Assembly (NCBI GenBank): GCA_963810915.1
Contig: CAWEPH010000005.1
Coordinates: forward strand, 280,506 to 344,505
Reading direction: 5' to 3'
DNA length: 64,000 nt
Source of the DNA: an uncultured Actinomycetes bacterium
Lineage (GTDB): Bacteria > Actinomycetota > UBA4738 > HRBIN12
The notes beneath the pieces were generated by a model that searched no databases, was not told where the DNA came from, and worked only from the letters and a program-made list of their open reading frames with translations. Shown here in pieces: positions 1 through 9,420 of the stretch. The position numbers were made by a program, and so were the translations under genes. The number at the start of each line of letters is the position of its first letter. Position 1 is the first letter of the stretch.

Positions 1-38
1 TGCGACGAGGGCGCAGACGAGGAGGACGCCGCGCCGCC

Positions 39-755
39 TCACGAGGCCTCCCCCGTCGGCGTTGCCCCGGACCCGGAGCCTGCCGTCTTCGCGGGTTGGT
101 CGTCCCTGTTCACCTTGAACGCCGTGATCTTCCACCCGTCCGCCGTCTTCTCGATGACGTACTGGCCCTTACTCACGATGTCGATCGCGCCGGTGCCGTC
201 CTTCTTGGTGGCGGTAGCCGTGAAGGTCACGGTGCTGACCGTCGAGTAGGGCAGGCCCTTGGGGTCGATGAGGACCTTGGTCGTGAACGTGGCCTTCTTG
301 CCGGGCTCGATCGCGCTGTACGTGTCGCCCGCCGCCGAACCGGCCGTCAGCACATCGATCTGCTTCGTCGCCTCGACCTTGGCCTGGTCGGTGAAGTCGT
401 CGAAGGCAGCCTCATACGAGGCGGCGGTCCAGTTGTCGGGAGCCAGGAAGGCGTTGGAGTAGACGTCGTGCAGCATCTTCTCGGCGTTCGCCGCCGCGGG
501 CTTGGCGGCTTGGACGGCCTTCTGCGTCGTGGCCTGATCCGGGTCCATGGCGGTGGTCACCACGACGGTCTTGCCCGCGGTGAAGGCGAACGGCGGCGTC
601 GGCGTGGGGCTGTGTCCGCCCACGAGCGGGCTGTCCGAGCCCCCCGTGATCAACACGATCGCGCCGACGATCAAGGCGAGCGCGACGACGCCCCCGACGA
701 TCAGGTACGCGGGCTTGTAGGTGCGGGACGTGGATGCGTGACGGCCGTCTGCCAA
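39..755 (-). CDS. hypothetical membrane-anchored protein
   Basis: 238-aa ORF. Basic N-terminus followed by one hydrophobic helix (YLIVGGVVALALIVGAIVLI), then an Ala/Thr/Lys-rich soluble domain. GC-rich third codon positions. No family recognised. Confidence 0.5.
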   Translation of the reverse strand: MADGRHASTSRTYKPAYLIVGGVVALALIVGAIVLITGGSDSPLVGGHSPTPTPPFAFTAGKTVVVTTAMDPDQATTQKAVQAAKPAAANAEKMLHDVYSNAFLAPDNWTAASYEAAFDDFTDQAKVEATKQIDVLTAGSAAGDTYSAIEPGKKATFTTKVLIDPKGLPYSTVSTVTFTATATKKDGTGAIDIVSKGQYVIEKTADGWKITAFKVNRDDQPAKTAGSGSGATPTGEAS

Positions 756-846
756 AACGCGACGAGCCTACCCGGGCATCCGTGGGTCGCCAACGATGTC
801 CTCGTGACGGTTCCGTGAAGGTGCTGCCTGCGCGACCGACGTGTGG

Positions 847-2226
847 TCACGTCGCTCTGGTCACCGCGGTCAGGCGGTCGTACCGCACGCGGACGTCGGC
901 CACATCGTTGGGCTCCGGGATGGCCTCCTCGGATGCTCGCATGACCATGTCGGCCTGGCGGAGGATCGCATCACGCTGCTCGGTGGTCGTGGCGCGACCA
1001 TGCACCCGTCCGAAGCTCTCCATCAACCTGATGGCCACGGCGGGCATCGACCGGCCCGACTGACGGATCTTGTCGAAGGATCGGTTGACCATCCTGGTGA
1101 AGTCGGGCGCGGGCGCGATGAGCCTGACCCGCCCCCGCCGATCGAGGTAGAGCCCCTCCGTGGAGCCACGTGCCGCCGCTTTGGTCAATCCGTCGGAGAG
1201 CCAGTCGATGCACGTCAGCGCCGAGAACGTATCGTTGACCGCGGGCGACAACGCCCTGATCGCGATCTCGACGAGCTGGTCGATCGCGAAGATCGGGTCT
1301 TGGAGGAGCGTGCGCTGCGCCCCCGTGATGTGGGCCGAGGCGAGTCCTCCCGCAACGAGCGGGGCCGCGCTCGCGGGCCACACCGTCGCCAGGGGACTCC
1401 CGGCGCTTACGAAGTGGCCCGCTCGGTACCGCAGCCTGATCACGCCGTCGGCATCCGAGGCGATCGCCACGAGCTCGTCCCGCCCGACGAACTGCAGGTA
1501 CCCGCTCGCCGTGGCCGGGACCGGAACACCTTCCTCGTCGAGGTTCGTGAGCAGATCGCGGAGCGAGGTGCCCGGCGCCGGGACGACGGGTGAGACCGTC
1601 ACGCCGTCGGCGGCGTGGTACTCGCCGTCGATCGCCTCGTTGAGATCGCGGGCGATCGAGGCGATCACCTCGGGGAGTTGGATCGATTTGGCGATGTGGT
1701 GGATGAAGTAGATCAACACGAGGAGATCGCCCAGAACGAGCACCAGCGCGATCGTGATCGTGACGTGGGGGACGAACTCGGTCCTGATCGAGGCGAGCGC
1801 CAGGATCGCGTAGACGAACGTTGCGACGAAGAACCCGAGCGTCAGCTGGGTCCCGAGATCGCGGACGAAATTCCGGAGCATCCTCGGCCCGAACTGCTGC
1901 GATGCAAGTGTCAGGGCCAGGATGGTGACGGAGAAGACCACGCCGATGACGGTGATCACGGCCGCCGCGATGGCGATGAGGATCTGGCGCCCGGCGTCGG
2001 GGCTGGCCGCGGCGTCCACCCAGGAGGGCACCTCGAGCGCCCCCCGAACGGCCGCTCGGTCGATCGCGTAGGTCGCGAGGAAGAGCACGATGACGCCCAC
2101 CACGAGGATCGCGGGCACGAGCCACAGCGTGGTGCGGAGAGAGTCCCGCCGCCAGGTGGGCAGCAGTCGACGACGGCCGGGCTTGATGCCCCGCGTGGTC
2201 GAACGAAGGGGGTCCGGTTGCGACAT
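847..2226 (-). CDS. DUF2254-like integral membrane protein
   Basis: Start trimmed to ATG at 2226 (MSQPDPL...) within the 847..2511 ORF. N-terminal TM helices (LWLVPAILVVGVIVLF, ILIAIAAAVITVIGVVFSVTILAL, LTLGFFVATFVYAILALA, HVTITIALVLVLGDLLVLIYFI) are followed by a soluble C-terminal domain. The family name is from memory of this architecture. Confidence 0.55.
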   Translation of the reverse strand: MSQPDPLRSTTRGIKPGRRRLLPTWRRDSLRTTLWLVPAILVVGVIVLFLATYAIDRAAVRGALEVPSWVDAAASPDAGRQILIAIAAAVITVIGVVFSVTILALTLASQQFGPRMLRNFVRDLGTQLTLGFFVATFVYAILALASIRTEFVPHVTITIALVLVLGDLLVLIYFIHHIAKSIQLPEVIASIARDLNEAIDGEYHAADGVTVSPVVPAPGTSLRDLLTNLDEEGVPVPATASGYLQFVGRDELVAIASDADGVIRLRYRAGHFVSAGSPLATVWPASAAPLVAGGLASAHITGAQRTLLQDPIFAIDQLVEIAIRALSPAVNDTFSALTCIDWLSDGLTKAAARGSTEGLYLDRRGRVRLIAPAPDFTRMVNRSFDKIRQSGRSMPAVAIRLMESFGRVHGRATTTEQRDAILRQADMVMRASEEAIPEPNDVADVRVRYDRLTAVTRAT

Positions 2227-2413
2227 AGCACACCTTTCGCAGCACGATGCTGCCGCCGACCAGACTTCCCGGCACGCCGCGCAGGAGCATAGTCGCTCCA
2301 GCACCGCCGTGGCGGGCATCTGCGCAGGTCGGTGGCCCGTCGGCTTCCCTATACTGCTCGAGTTCCCGGCCCAGGTCGGGGTGAGAGGCCCCAAACCCCA
2401 CACAGGAGGTCCG

Positions 2414-4672
2414 ATGTCCGGCGTGCTTGCCCAGGAGGGTGGACCGCTCCAGGTCGTCTTCAAGTCGTCCGATACCACCGCGCTCTGGGTGATCCTCGGC
2501 ATCTCCCTCATGGCGCTCGTCTTCGCGTACTACCTGGTGCGCGAGGTGCTCGCCGCACCCGAGGGCACGGACAAGATGAAGGAGATCGCGAAGGCGATCC
2601 AGGAGGGTGCCTCCGCCTACCTATCACGGCAGTTCCGGACCCTAGCCGTGTTCGTGGTCATCATCGGCGTGGCGTTGTTCTTCATCCTCCCCGTCTCCAA
2701 GGACGCGGTGCACTCGGCGTTCTCGATCCGGCTCGGACGGTCCATCGCGTTCATCCTGGGCGCCAGCTTCTCGGCCATCACCGGGTACGTGGGCATGTGG
2801 CTCGCCGTGCGCGCCAACGTCCGCACCGCGAACGCCGCACGCGAGTCGGGGCTGCGCCAGGCCGTGAAGCTCGCCTTCCGCGCGGGCGGCGTGGCCGGGA
2901 TGTTCACGGTGGGGCTGGGACTCTTCGGCGCCACCGCGATCCTCATCATCTACAAGCAGGACGCCACGAGCGTGCTGGTGGGCTTCGGGTTCGGCGGCGC
3001 ACTCCTCGCGATGTTCATGCGGGTGGGCGGCGGCATCTTCACCAAGGCCGCCGACGTGGGCGCCGACCTGGTGGGCAAGGTCGAGCAGGGCATCCCGGAG
3101 GACGACGCGCGGAATCCCGCCACGATCGCGGACAACGTCGGCGACAACGTCGGCGACTGTGCGGGCATGGCGGCCGACCTGTTCGAATCCGCCGAGGTGA
3201 CCCTGATCGCCTCCCTGATCCTGGGCGCGGCCGCCTACGCCGGCTCGCCCAAGGGCGCGATCATCGGCGTGATGTTCCCGTTGTTCATCCGCGCCGTGGG
3301 CGTCGTGACCTCCATGATCGGCATCATGGCTGTCACGCCCCGCACGGAGACCGAGTCGGGCATGAAGGCGATCAACCGGGGCTTCTTCGTCTCCGCGCTG
3401 ATCTCGGCGGCGGCCGCGTTCGTGATCGCGAACCTCTACATGGACAGCTACAAGCCGGCGATCGCGGTCTCGATCGGACTGGTCCTGGCGGCGGTGATCC
3501 AGGTGCTGACGCAGTACTTCACCGACACGAAGTTCAGGCCGGTGCAGGAGATCGCGGAAGCCACCGTCACGGGACCTGCCACGACGATCCTGTCGGGCAT
3601 CGCGACGGGCCTCGAGTCCACGGTGTACTCGGCGTGGATCCTGGCGGGCGCCATCGTGGCGGCCTACTACCTCGGCGGCACGACGGCCGAACGCCTGTAC
3701 TTCATCTCGCTGACCGGCATGGGCATGCTCACCACCGTGGGCGTCGTCGTGTCGATGGACACCTACGGGCCCATCTCGGACAACGCGCAAGGCATCGCCG
3801 AGATGTCCGGGGAGTTCGAGGGCCGGCCGGCCGAGATCCTCGGAGGCCTGGACGCGGTGGGCAACTCCACCAAGGCCATCACGAAGGGCATGGCGATCGC
3901 CACGGCGGTCCTGGCGGCCACATCGCTGTTCGGGTCGTTCGAGGAGGCGCTGCGCCTCGCGGGCTTCGACTTCCTGGGGATCCGCGTGGACCGGCCCGAC
4001 GTCCTGGTCGGCCTGCTCATCGGTGGGTCGGTGCCGTTCCTGTTCTCCTCGCTCGCCGTGCGCGCGGTGGGGCGCGCGGCCGCGCAGGTGGTGGTGGAGG
4101 TGCGGAACCAGTTCCGCCTCCACCCCGGGATCATGACCTACGAGGAGAAGCCCGACTACGGAGCTGTGGTCGACATCTGCACGAAGACGTCGCTGCGCGA
4201 GCTCACGACCCCGGGGTTGCTGGCGATCCTGTCGCCCATCTTCGCCGGGTTCTTCCTGAAGGGAGAGGCGCTCGGCGGGTTCCTTGCGGGGGCCATCCTC
4301 ACCGGGCAGCTGCTGGCCGTGATGCTGTCCAACGCCGGCGGCGCGTGGGACAACGCCAAGAAGTTCATCGAAGAGGGCAACTACGGCGGCAAGGGATCGG
4401 AGAGTCACAAGGCCGCCGTCATCGGCGACACGGTCGGCGACCCGTTCAAGGACACGGCCGGCCCCGCGCTCAACCCGCTCATCAAGGTCATGAACCTGGT
4501 GGCGCTGCTCATCGCACCACTGGTGGTGACCCACGCCGACGACACCGCGCTGCGCGTCACGATCGTGATCGTGACGGCCGCGGTCCTGGCCGGCGCGATC
4601 TACGTCTCCAAGTCTCGCAAGTCCGAGCTCGGCGAGGAGATCAAGCGGGCCAACGTGAAGACGTCGTCGTAG
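2414..4672 (+). CDS. hppA: membrane-bound proton-translocating pyrophosphatase, K+-independent type
   Basis: 752-aa ORF from ATG 2414, preceded by AGGAGG at 2404-2409. Polytopic. PPase signatures GGIFTKAADVGADLVGKVE, DNVGDNVGDCAGMAADLFES and DTVGDPFKDTAGPALN are present. GNSTKAITKG carries Lys where K+-dependent enzymes have Ala. Confidence 0.95.
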   Translation: MSGVLAQEGGPLQVVFKSSDTTALWVILGISLMALVFAYYLVREVLAAPEGTDKMKEIAKAIQEGASAYLSRQFRTLAVFVVIIGVALFFILPVSKDAVHSAFSIRLGRSIAFILGASFSAITGYVGMWLAVRANVRTANAARESGLRQAVKLAFRAGGVAGMFTVGLGLFGATAILIIYKQDATSVLVGFGFGGALLAMFMRVGGGIFTKAADVGADLVGKVEQGIPEDDARNPATIADNVGDNVGDCAGMAADLFESAEVTLIASLILGAAAYAGSPKGAIIGVMFPLFIRAVGVVTSMIGIMAVTPRTETESGMKAINRGFFVSALISAAAAFVIANLYMDSYKPAIAVSIGLVLAAVIQVLTQYFTDTKFRPVQEIAEATVTGPATTILSGIATGLESTVYSAWILAGAIVAAYYLGGTTAERLYFISLTGMGMLTTVGVVVSMDTYGPISDNAQGIAEMSGEFEGRPAEILGGLDAVGNSTKAITKGMAIATAVLAATSLFGSFEEALRLAGFDFLGIRVDRPDVLVGLLIGGSVPFLFSSLAVRAVGRAAAQVVVEVRNQFRLHPGIMTYEEKPDYGAVVDICTKTSLRELTTPGLLAILSPIFAGFFLKGEALGGFLAGAILTGQLLAVMLSNAGGAWDNAKKFIEEGNYGGKGSESHKAAVIGDTVGDPFKDTAGPALNPLIKVMNLVALLIAPLVVTHADDTALRVTIVIVTAAVLAGAIYVSKSRKSELGEEIKRANVKTSS

Positions 4673-4692
4673 ACAGCGGCTGGACCCGCGAT

Positions 4693-5052
4693 ATGGGCGC
4701 GCTTCGTCGCTTCCTGGCTCGGGTCGCCGACCGCGACGAAGCGCGCCTGCAGGACGCCACGCTGACGTGGGCCTCGTCGGTGCAGGGGACGCAGCGCATC
4801 GCGGACGCGCCGTCGCGGCAACGGGTGCGCCTGGCGGGGATGGTCCGGCGGATCAGCGTGCTCCCGATCGAGGGCACACGATCGCTCGAGGCGACGATCA
4901 CCGACGGCACGGGCGAGGTGAACGTCGTGTTCATGGGGCGACAGAACATCGAGGGCATGTCGCTCGGCACGCGCGTCGTCGTCGAGGGTGTGATCGGGGA
5001 GCAGCGCCAAGGCCGGCGCATCGTGAATCCGAAGTTCGAATTCATCAGCTAG
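4693..5052 (+). CDS. OB-fold nucleic-acid-binding domain protein (Rv2694c-like)
   Basis: 119-aa ORF from ATG 4693, forming the tail of the out-of-frame 2332..5052 ORF. Pattern RVRLAGMV..V......LEATITDGTGEVNVVFMGRQNIEGMSLG..V.VEG......R.IVNPKFEF is typical of the small OB-fold protein found near trkA in actinobacteria. Confidence 0.7.
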   Translation: MGALRRFLARVADRDEARLQDATLTWASSVQGTQRIADAPSRQRVRLAGMVRRISVLPIEGTRSLEATITDGTGEVNVVFMGRQNIEGMSLGTRVVVEGVIGEQRQGRRIVNPKFEFIS

Positions 5053-5865
5053 GCGGAGACGACGCCGATCGCGACGGCGGAGCTTATGGCAGCGACGCGA
5101 GAGCAGAACAGCGTCGATCTGGCTTCACGATGTCGTCGAGTTCGGCATCCACGACCGGGCTCGGTGGGAGTGCCAGGCCGCAGTACCCAGCGGTATCCCA
5201 CGCCGGGCTCGGTCAGGATGATCGTCGGGTGTGCTGGATCCTCTTCGATCTTCTTGCGCAACTGACTGACGAACACGCGGAGCACGTCGACGTCGTCTGC
5301 GTATCCCTCGCCCCACACGTGCTCGAGCAGCCAGCTATGGGTGAGCAACTTGCCGGGATGACCCGCGAACGCCTCGAGCAGCGACCACTCCGTCCTCGTG
5401 AGACGCACGTCGTCTCCGCCTCGAGATATCCGTCGTTGGGCCAGATCGATCTCCAGATCGTGGGCGAAGAACTTGGATAGCGGTGTCGTTCCCGGGGACC
5501 TCGCTCCGACGCAGGAGCGCTCGTACCCGGGCGAGGAACTCGTCGATCCCGAACGGCTTCGTGAGGTAGTCGTCGGCGCCGAGGTCAAGTGCCTCGACCT
5601 TGTCGACTTCGTCCTCACGCACGGAGAGGACGAGGATGGGCGCGGAGGTCCATGTTCGCAGCCCGCGACACACGTCGAAGCCATCGATCCCTGGGAGGTT
5701 CAGATCCAAGACCACCACGTCGGGCTGGAAGGCTGACGCGATCGCGAGGCCCTCTTCACCGTCCACCGCGACCTCGACCTCGTACCCGCGTGCGACGAGA
5801 GCCCGGAACAGCGCCTGCCGGATCTGCGCCTCGTCGTCGACGACGAGGATCCGTTCCTTCTTCAG
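5049..5865 (-). CDS. kdpE: KdpE-like OmpR-family response regulator (reading frame disrupted near 5490)
   Basis: The receiver domain (ILVVDDEAQIRQ..LDLNLPGIDG..LGADDYLTKPF) sits in one frame. The winged-helix part (LTRTEWSLLEAFAGHPGKLLTHSWLLEHVWG...EPGVGYRW) sits in another. There is no ATG/GTG start; CTG at 5865 overlaps the kinase stop. Confidence 0.8.
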
Positions 5866-7278
5866 TTGCGAGCACCTCGGTCGGCCACTGGAAGCGTGAA
5901 GGATAGCGTAGCGCCACCGCCGAGCGTGTCTTCGATCCAGATCTCGCCGCCGAGCAGGTCGACGAAGCCCTTGCAGATCGCGAGGCCGAGACCTGGACCC
6001 AAGCGCGGGTTGCGATCGTCCATCCGGTAGAACGGGTAGAAGAGCTGCTCGCGCGCCGCGACCGGTACGCCGACCCCATGATCGATCACTCGCACCACGA
6101 CGTTGCCGTCCATCAGGCGCGCGTCCACCTCCACCGATGCGGCCCCGTTCGCTGAGGCGTTGGCCGCGTTCTCCAAGAGGTTGCTCAGTACACGATCGAG
6201 GAACACCGGATCTGCCCGTACCCAGCCGGCGTCGGCGGAGACCCGGACGGAGATCGCCACGTCGGGTCGCTGCCGACGGCTCCGAACCGCTGTGCCCTCG
6301 ATCGCCTGGGATAGATCGATGGCGCGCGGACGCGCCTGTCAGCACGCCCGACTCGATCCTCGACATGTCCAGCAGGTTGCCGATCAGCGCGTTCAGCCTG
6401 TCCGTCTCGGAGTCGATCGCCCGCAGAGCCTCGCGGCGGTCGTCGGGACTGGTTCCGGGAGCCTCGTCCAGGAGGTCCGTCACCGACGCCTTGATCGCGG
6501 CGAGAGGGCTCCGGAGATCATGCGAAACGGCGGCGAGCAGGGACCTGCGCACGCCCTCGGTCTGACGGTAGACCTCGGCTTGAGTGGCGGAGCGTAGGAG
6601 ACGATCACGCTCCAGCACCAGCGCGAGCTGGTCGCAGAACGCGCGCAGCACCCGGCTCTCGGCGGGCGTGAGGGGCGGTCGGTCGCCCTTCAACACGACG
6701 AGGCCCAACATCCGCCCGCCCACCGAGAGGGGGAGTCGTTCCGGGGCGGGATCGGGCGACCGCGGATCCCATGTTGCGGGAAGGGAGCGGGCCGGCATCC
6801 CCACGGTCACCTGCTCCACCAGACCTCTGGTCTCCTCCGTCTGCTCCACGTACAGGGCGACCGCCGTGTATCCGAACGCGTCCTTGACGGTCGTGAGCGC
6901 GGCCTCGTACGTCTCGGGCCCCGGAAGGCGCGTTGTGAGTTCGCGGCCCAACTCCTGGATCGCGTGCAGTTCCGCTCCACGCATCTCCGCCGTGTACGCG
7001 CGTTCGGTGGCGCGAGCCAGGAGCTCGGAGATCAGTACCGACAAGCCGAGGAACACGAACAGCACGACGACATGCTCGGGGCGGGCGATCGTGAGGGTCC
7101 CGTACGGGGGGATGAAGAAGTAGTTGAACGCGATGAAGCTCACCACGGATGCGGCGATGCCCGGGGCGAGACCCCCGACGGCCGCGGCGACCACCACCAC
7201 CGCGAGGAAGGCGAAGGCTTCGGATAGCGGCGTGATGTCGTCTCGGAACACCAGGAGGATCAACGTCATCGCCGCCAC
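5862..7278 (-). CDS. kdpD: KdpD C-terminal half: membrane histidine kinase lacking the N-terminal sensor/USP part (frame disrupted near 6335)
   Basis: The TM block carries the KdpD-type motif FNYFFIPPYGT, followed by a GAF-like linker and the H-box AAVSHDLRSPLAAIK. After a frame switch comes the HATPase_c part (NLLENAANAS, GLGLAICKGFVDLLGG). The upstream in-frame sequence has no start codon and no KdpD-N homology. Confidence 0.8.
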
Positions 7279-7451
7279 GCCGGCGAAGGCGATGACGAAC
7301 CCGGCCGACGCGCAGGTGCGGCTTGCGACGTCGTCAGTCGTGCGAGGGCGGGGATCCCGTGGCTGCGGGGGCCGGACGGGTCCCGCGAAGCGGCACGCTC
7401 GTCCATCCGCAGAGGATAACGCCGAGGATCCACCTACGGTCTGCCCGAGCC

Positions 7452-7501
7452 GGGACCCTTAGGGAACCCATAGGGACCAGACATGGACCCTCATGGGTTC
7501 C
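7452..7501. promoter_or_regulatory. phased direct repeats (GGGACC/GGGAAC/GGGACC/TGGACC at 10-11-11 nt spacing) plus a 9-bp inverted repeat in the kdpD / kdpF divergent region
   Basis: Repeat copies start at 7452, 7462, 7473 and 7484. GGAACCCAT (7463-7471) pairs with ATGGGTTCC (7493-7501). This is a locally AT-richer patch followed by TATACG at 7503-7508, about 20 nt before the first small ORF of the kdp operon. Confidence 0.4.
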
Positions 7502-7526
7502 TTATACGTCGGGCCTAGCATGGCGC

Positions 7527-7613
7527 ATGGGAATCGATCTGGTGATGGTGGTTCTGATGGTCGGGTTCTTCGCGCTCGCGGCAGCGTTCGCCCTCTGGTT
7601 GGAGAAGCTATGA
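7527..7613 (+). CDS. 28-aa hydrophobic peptide upstream of and overlapping kdpF
   Basis: Sequence MGIDLVMVVLMVGFFALAAAFALWLEKL forms one TM helix. GC-rich third positions contrast with the AT-rich third positions of the alternative frame. The stop overlaps the kdpF start (ATGA at 7610-7613). Confidence 0.4.
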   Translation: MGIDLVMVVLMVGFFALAAAFALWLEKL

Positions 7614-7699
7614 GTCTCGCCGACATCCTCGAGTTGATCGTCGCGGTCGCGCTCTTGGTGTACCTCACCATCGCGCTGGTCCGTCCGGAGTGGTTCTGA
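7610..7699 (+). CDS. kdpF: potassium-transporting ATPase subunit F
   Basis: 29-aa single-TM peptide MSLADILELIVAVALLVYLTIALVRPEWF lying immediately upstream of kdpA. Size, position and the C-terminal RPE motif are typical of KdpF. Confidence 0.7.
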   Translation: MSLADILELIVAVALLVYLTIALVRPEWF

Positions 7700-7700
7700 C

Positions 7701-9370
7701 ATGGTGACGCTGATCGTCTACCTCGTCGTTCTCACCCTCCTCGTCCCGCCAGTGGGCGCCTACATGTACCGCGTCTACACGTCCGAGCGTACGGGACGGA
7801 TCGAAGGGCTCATCTATCGACTGATCCGCGTGGACCCGACGGTCGAGCAGACCTGGCGCCGGTACGCCACATGCGTGCTCTGGTTCAGCGGGATCGGCGT
7901 GGTGCTCGCATACGTGCTTGATGCGGACCCAGGCGCACCTCCCGCTGGATCCGGTGGGGATCCCCGACGTGAACCAGTACGTCTCGTTCAACACGGCCAC
8001 GAGCTTCGTCACCAACACGAACTGGCAGGCGTACGGCGGCGAGACCACCATGAGCTACCTCACGCAGATGCTCGTGATGACGTTCCAGAACTTCATCTCG
8101 GCCGCCGTCGGGATGGCCGTCCTCGTCGCGCTGATCCGCGGATTCATCCGTTCGCGCACGGATGTACTCGGCAACTTCTGGCAGGACACGGTCCGTGGCA
8201 CGTCGTCTACATCCTGCTGCCCTTCGCGGCGATCCTCGCGATCCTGCTGATCACGCAGGGGGTGGTCCAGACGTTCTCGAACTCCGCCGTCGTCAGCGGG
8301 ATCCAGGGGTTCGATCAGACGATCGCGCGCGGACCTGTCGCGTCGCAGATCGCGATCAAGCAGCTGGGCACGAACGGCGGCGGGTTCTTCAACGTGAACT
8401 CGGCGCATCCGTTCGAAGGCGGGAGCGCGTTCGGGAACATGCTCGAGCTGCTGGCGATCCTGATGATCCCCGCGGCCCTCACCTTCACGTTCGGCAAGAT
8501 GGTCGGGAAGGTCCGCGAGGGCTGGGCGCTCTACGCGGCCATGGTGGTCCTGTTCATCGCGGCCTCTGGCTGACCGTGCCCCAGGAGCACACGGCGACGC
8601 AGGCCATGCGGGACGCGGGGATCGCCGCGTCGGCCCCCAACATGGAGGGCAAGGAGTTGCGGTACGGGCCCGATCAGTCGGCGTTGTGGGCAACCGCGAC
8701 GACCGACGCGTCGAACGGCAGCGTCAACTCGATGCACGACTCCTACAAGCCTTACGGGATGATCGCGCCGATCTTCAACATGGCGATCGGCGAGGTCATC
8801 TTCGGCGGCGTCGGGAGCGGCCTCTACGGCATGATCTTCTACGTCATCATCGCGGTCTTCATCGGCGGACTCATGGTCGGGCGGACGCCCGAGTACCTGC
8901 GGAAGAAGATCGGTGCGCGGGAGGTGAAGCTCGCGGCCATCGGCGTCCTGGTGCCGTTCGTCGCCATCCTCGCCCTCACGGCGTACGCGGTCGTCACGCC
9001 TGCCGGGACGGACCCGCGTTTGAACATGGGACCCCATGGGTTCAGCGAGATCCTCTATGCCTTCGTGTCCCAGGGGAACAACAACGGCTCGGCGTTCGCC
9101 GGCCTCACGGCGAGCGGCCCGTTCTACACGATCGCAGGCGGACTCTTGATGCTCGTCGTGCGCTTCGTCCCGATCCTGGCCGCCCTGGCGCTGGCCGGAT
9201 CCCTCTCGAAGGAAGGGACGGTGCCGGTGACCTCTGGAACGCTCCCGACCGACAAGCCGCTCTTCGTGGGCCTGCTCGACGGGGTCATCGTGATCATCGG
9301 GGCACTGACCTTCTTCCCGGCGCTGGCGCTCGGCGCCATCGTCGAGGGACTCTCAAAGCGACTGTGGTGA
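7701..9370 (+). CDS. kdpA: potassium-transporting ATPase subunit A (three frame switches near 7920, 8203 and 8565)
   Basis: The pieces in three frames concatenate into a full KdpA. Recognisable stretches are [61 protein letters not shown] and NNGSAFAGL. Confidence 0.9.
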
Positions 9371-9420
9371 TGATGAGGTGAGCATGCAGACGACGACACC
9401 TTCCGCACACGAACCCGAGG

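Noticed and set aside
2332-5052. 906-aa plus-strand ORF spanning hppA and the OB-fold gene.
   Set aside because: It is out of frame with the clearly recognisable pyrophosphatase and has Arg/Gly-rich nonsense composition. Only its last 119 codons (from ATG 4693) form a real gene.
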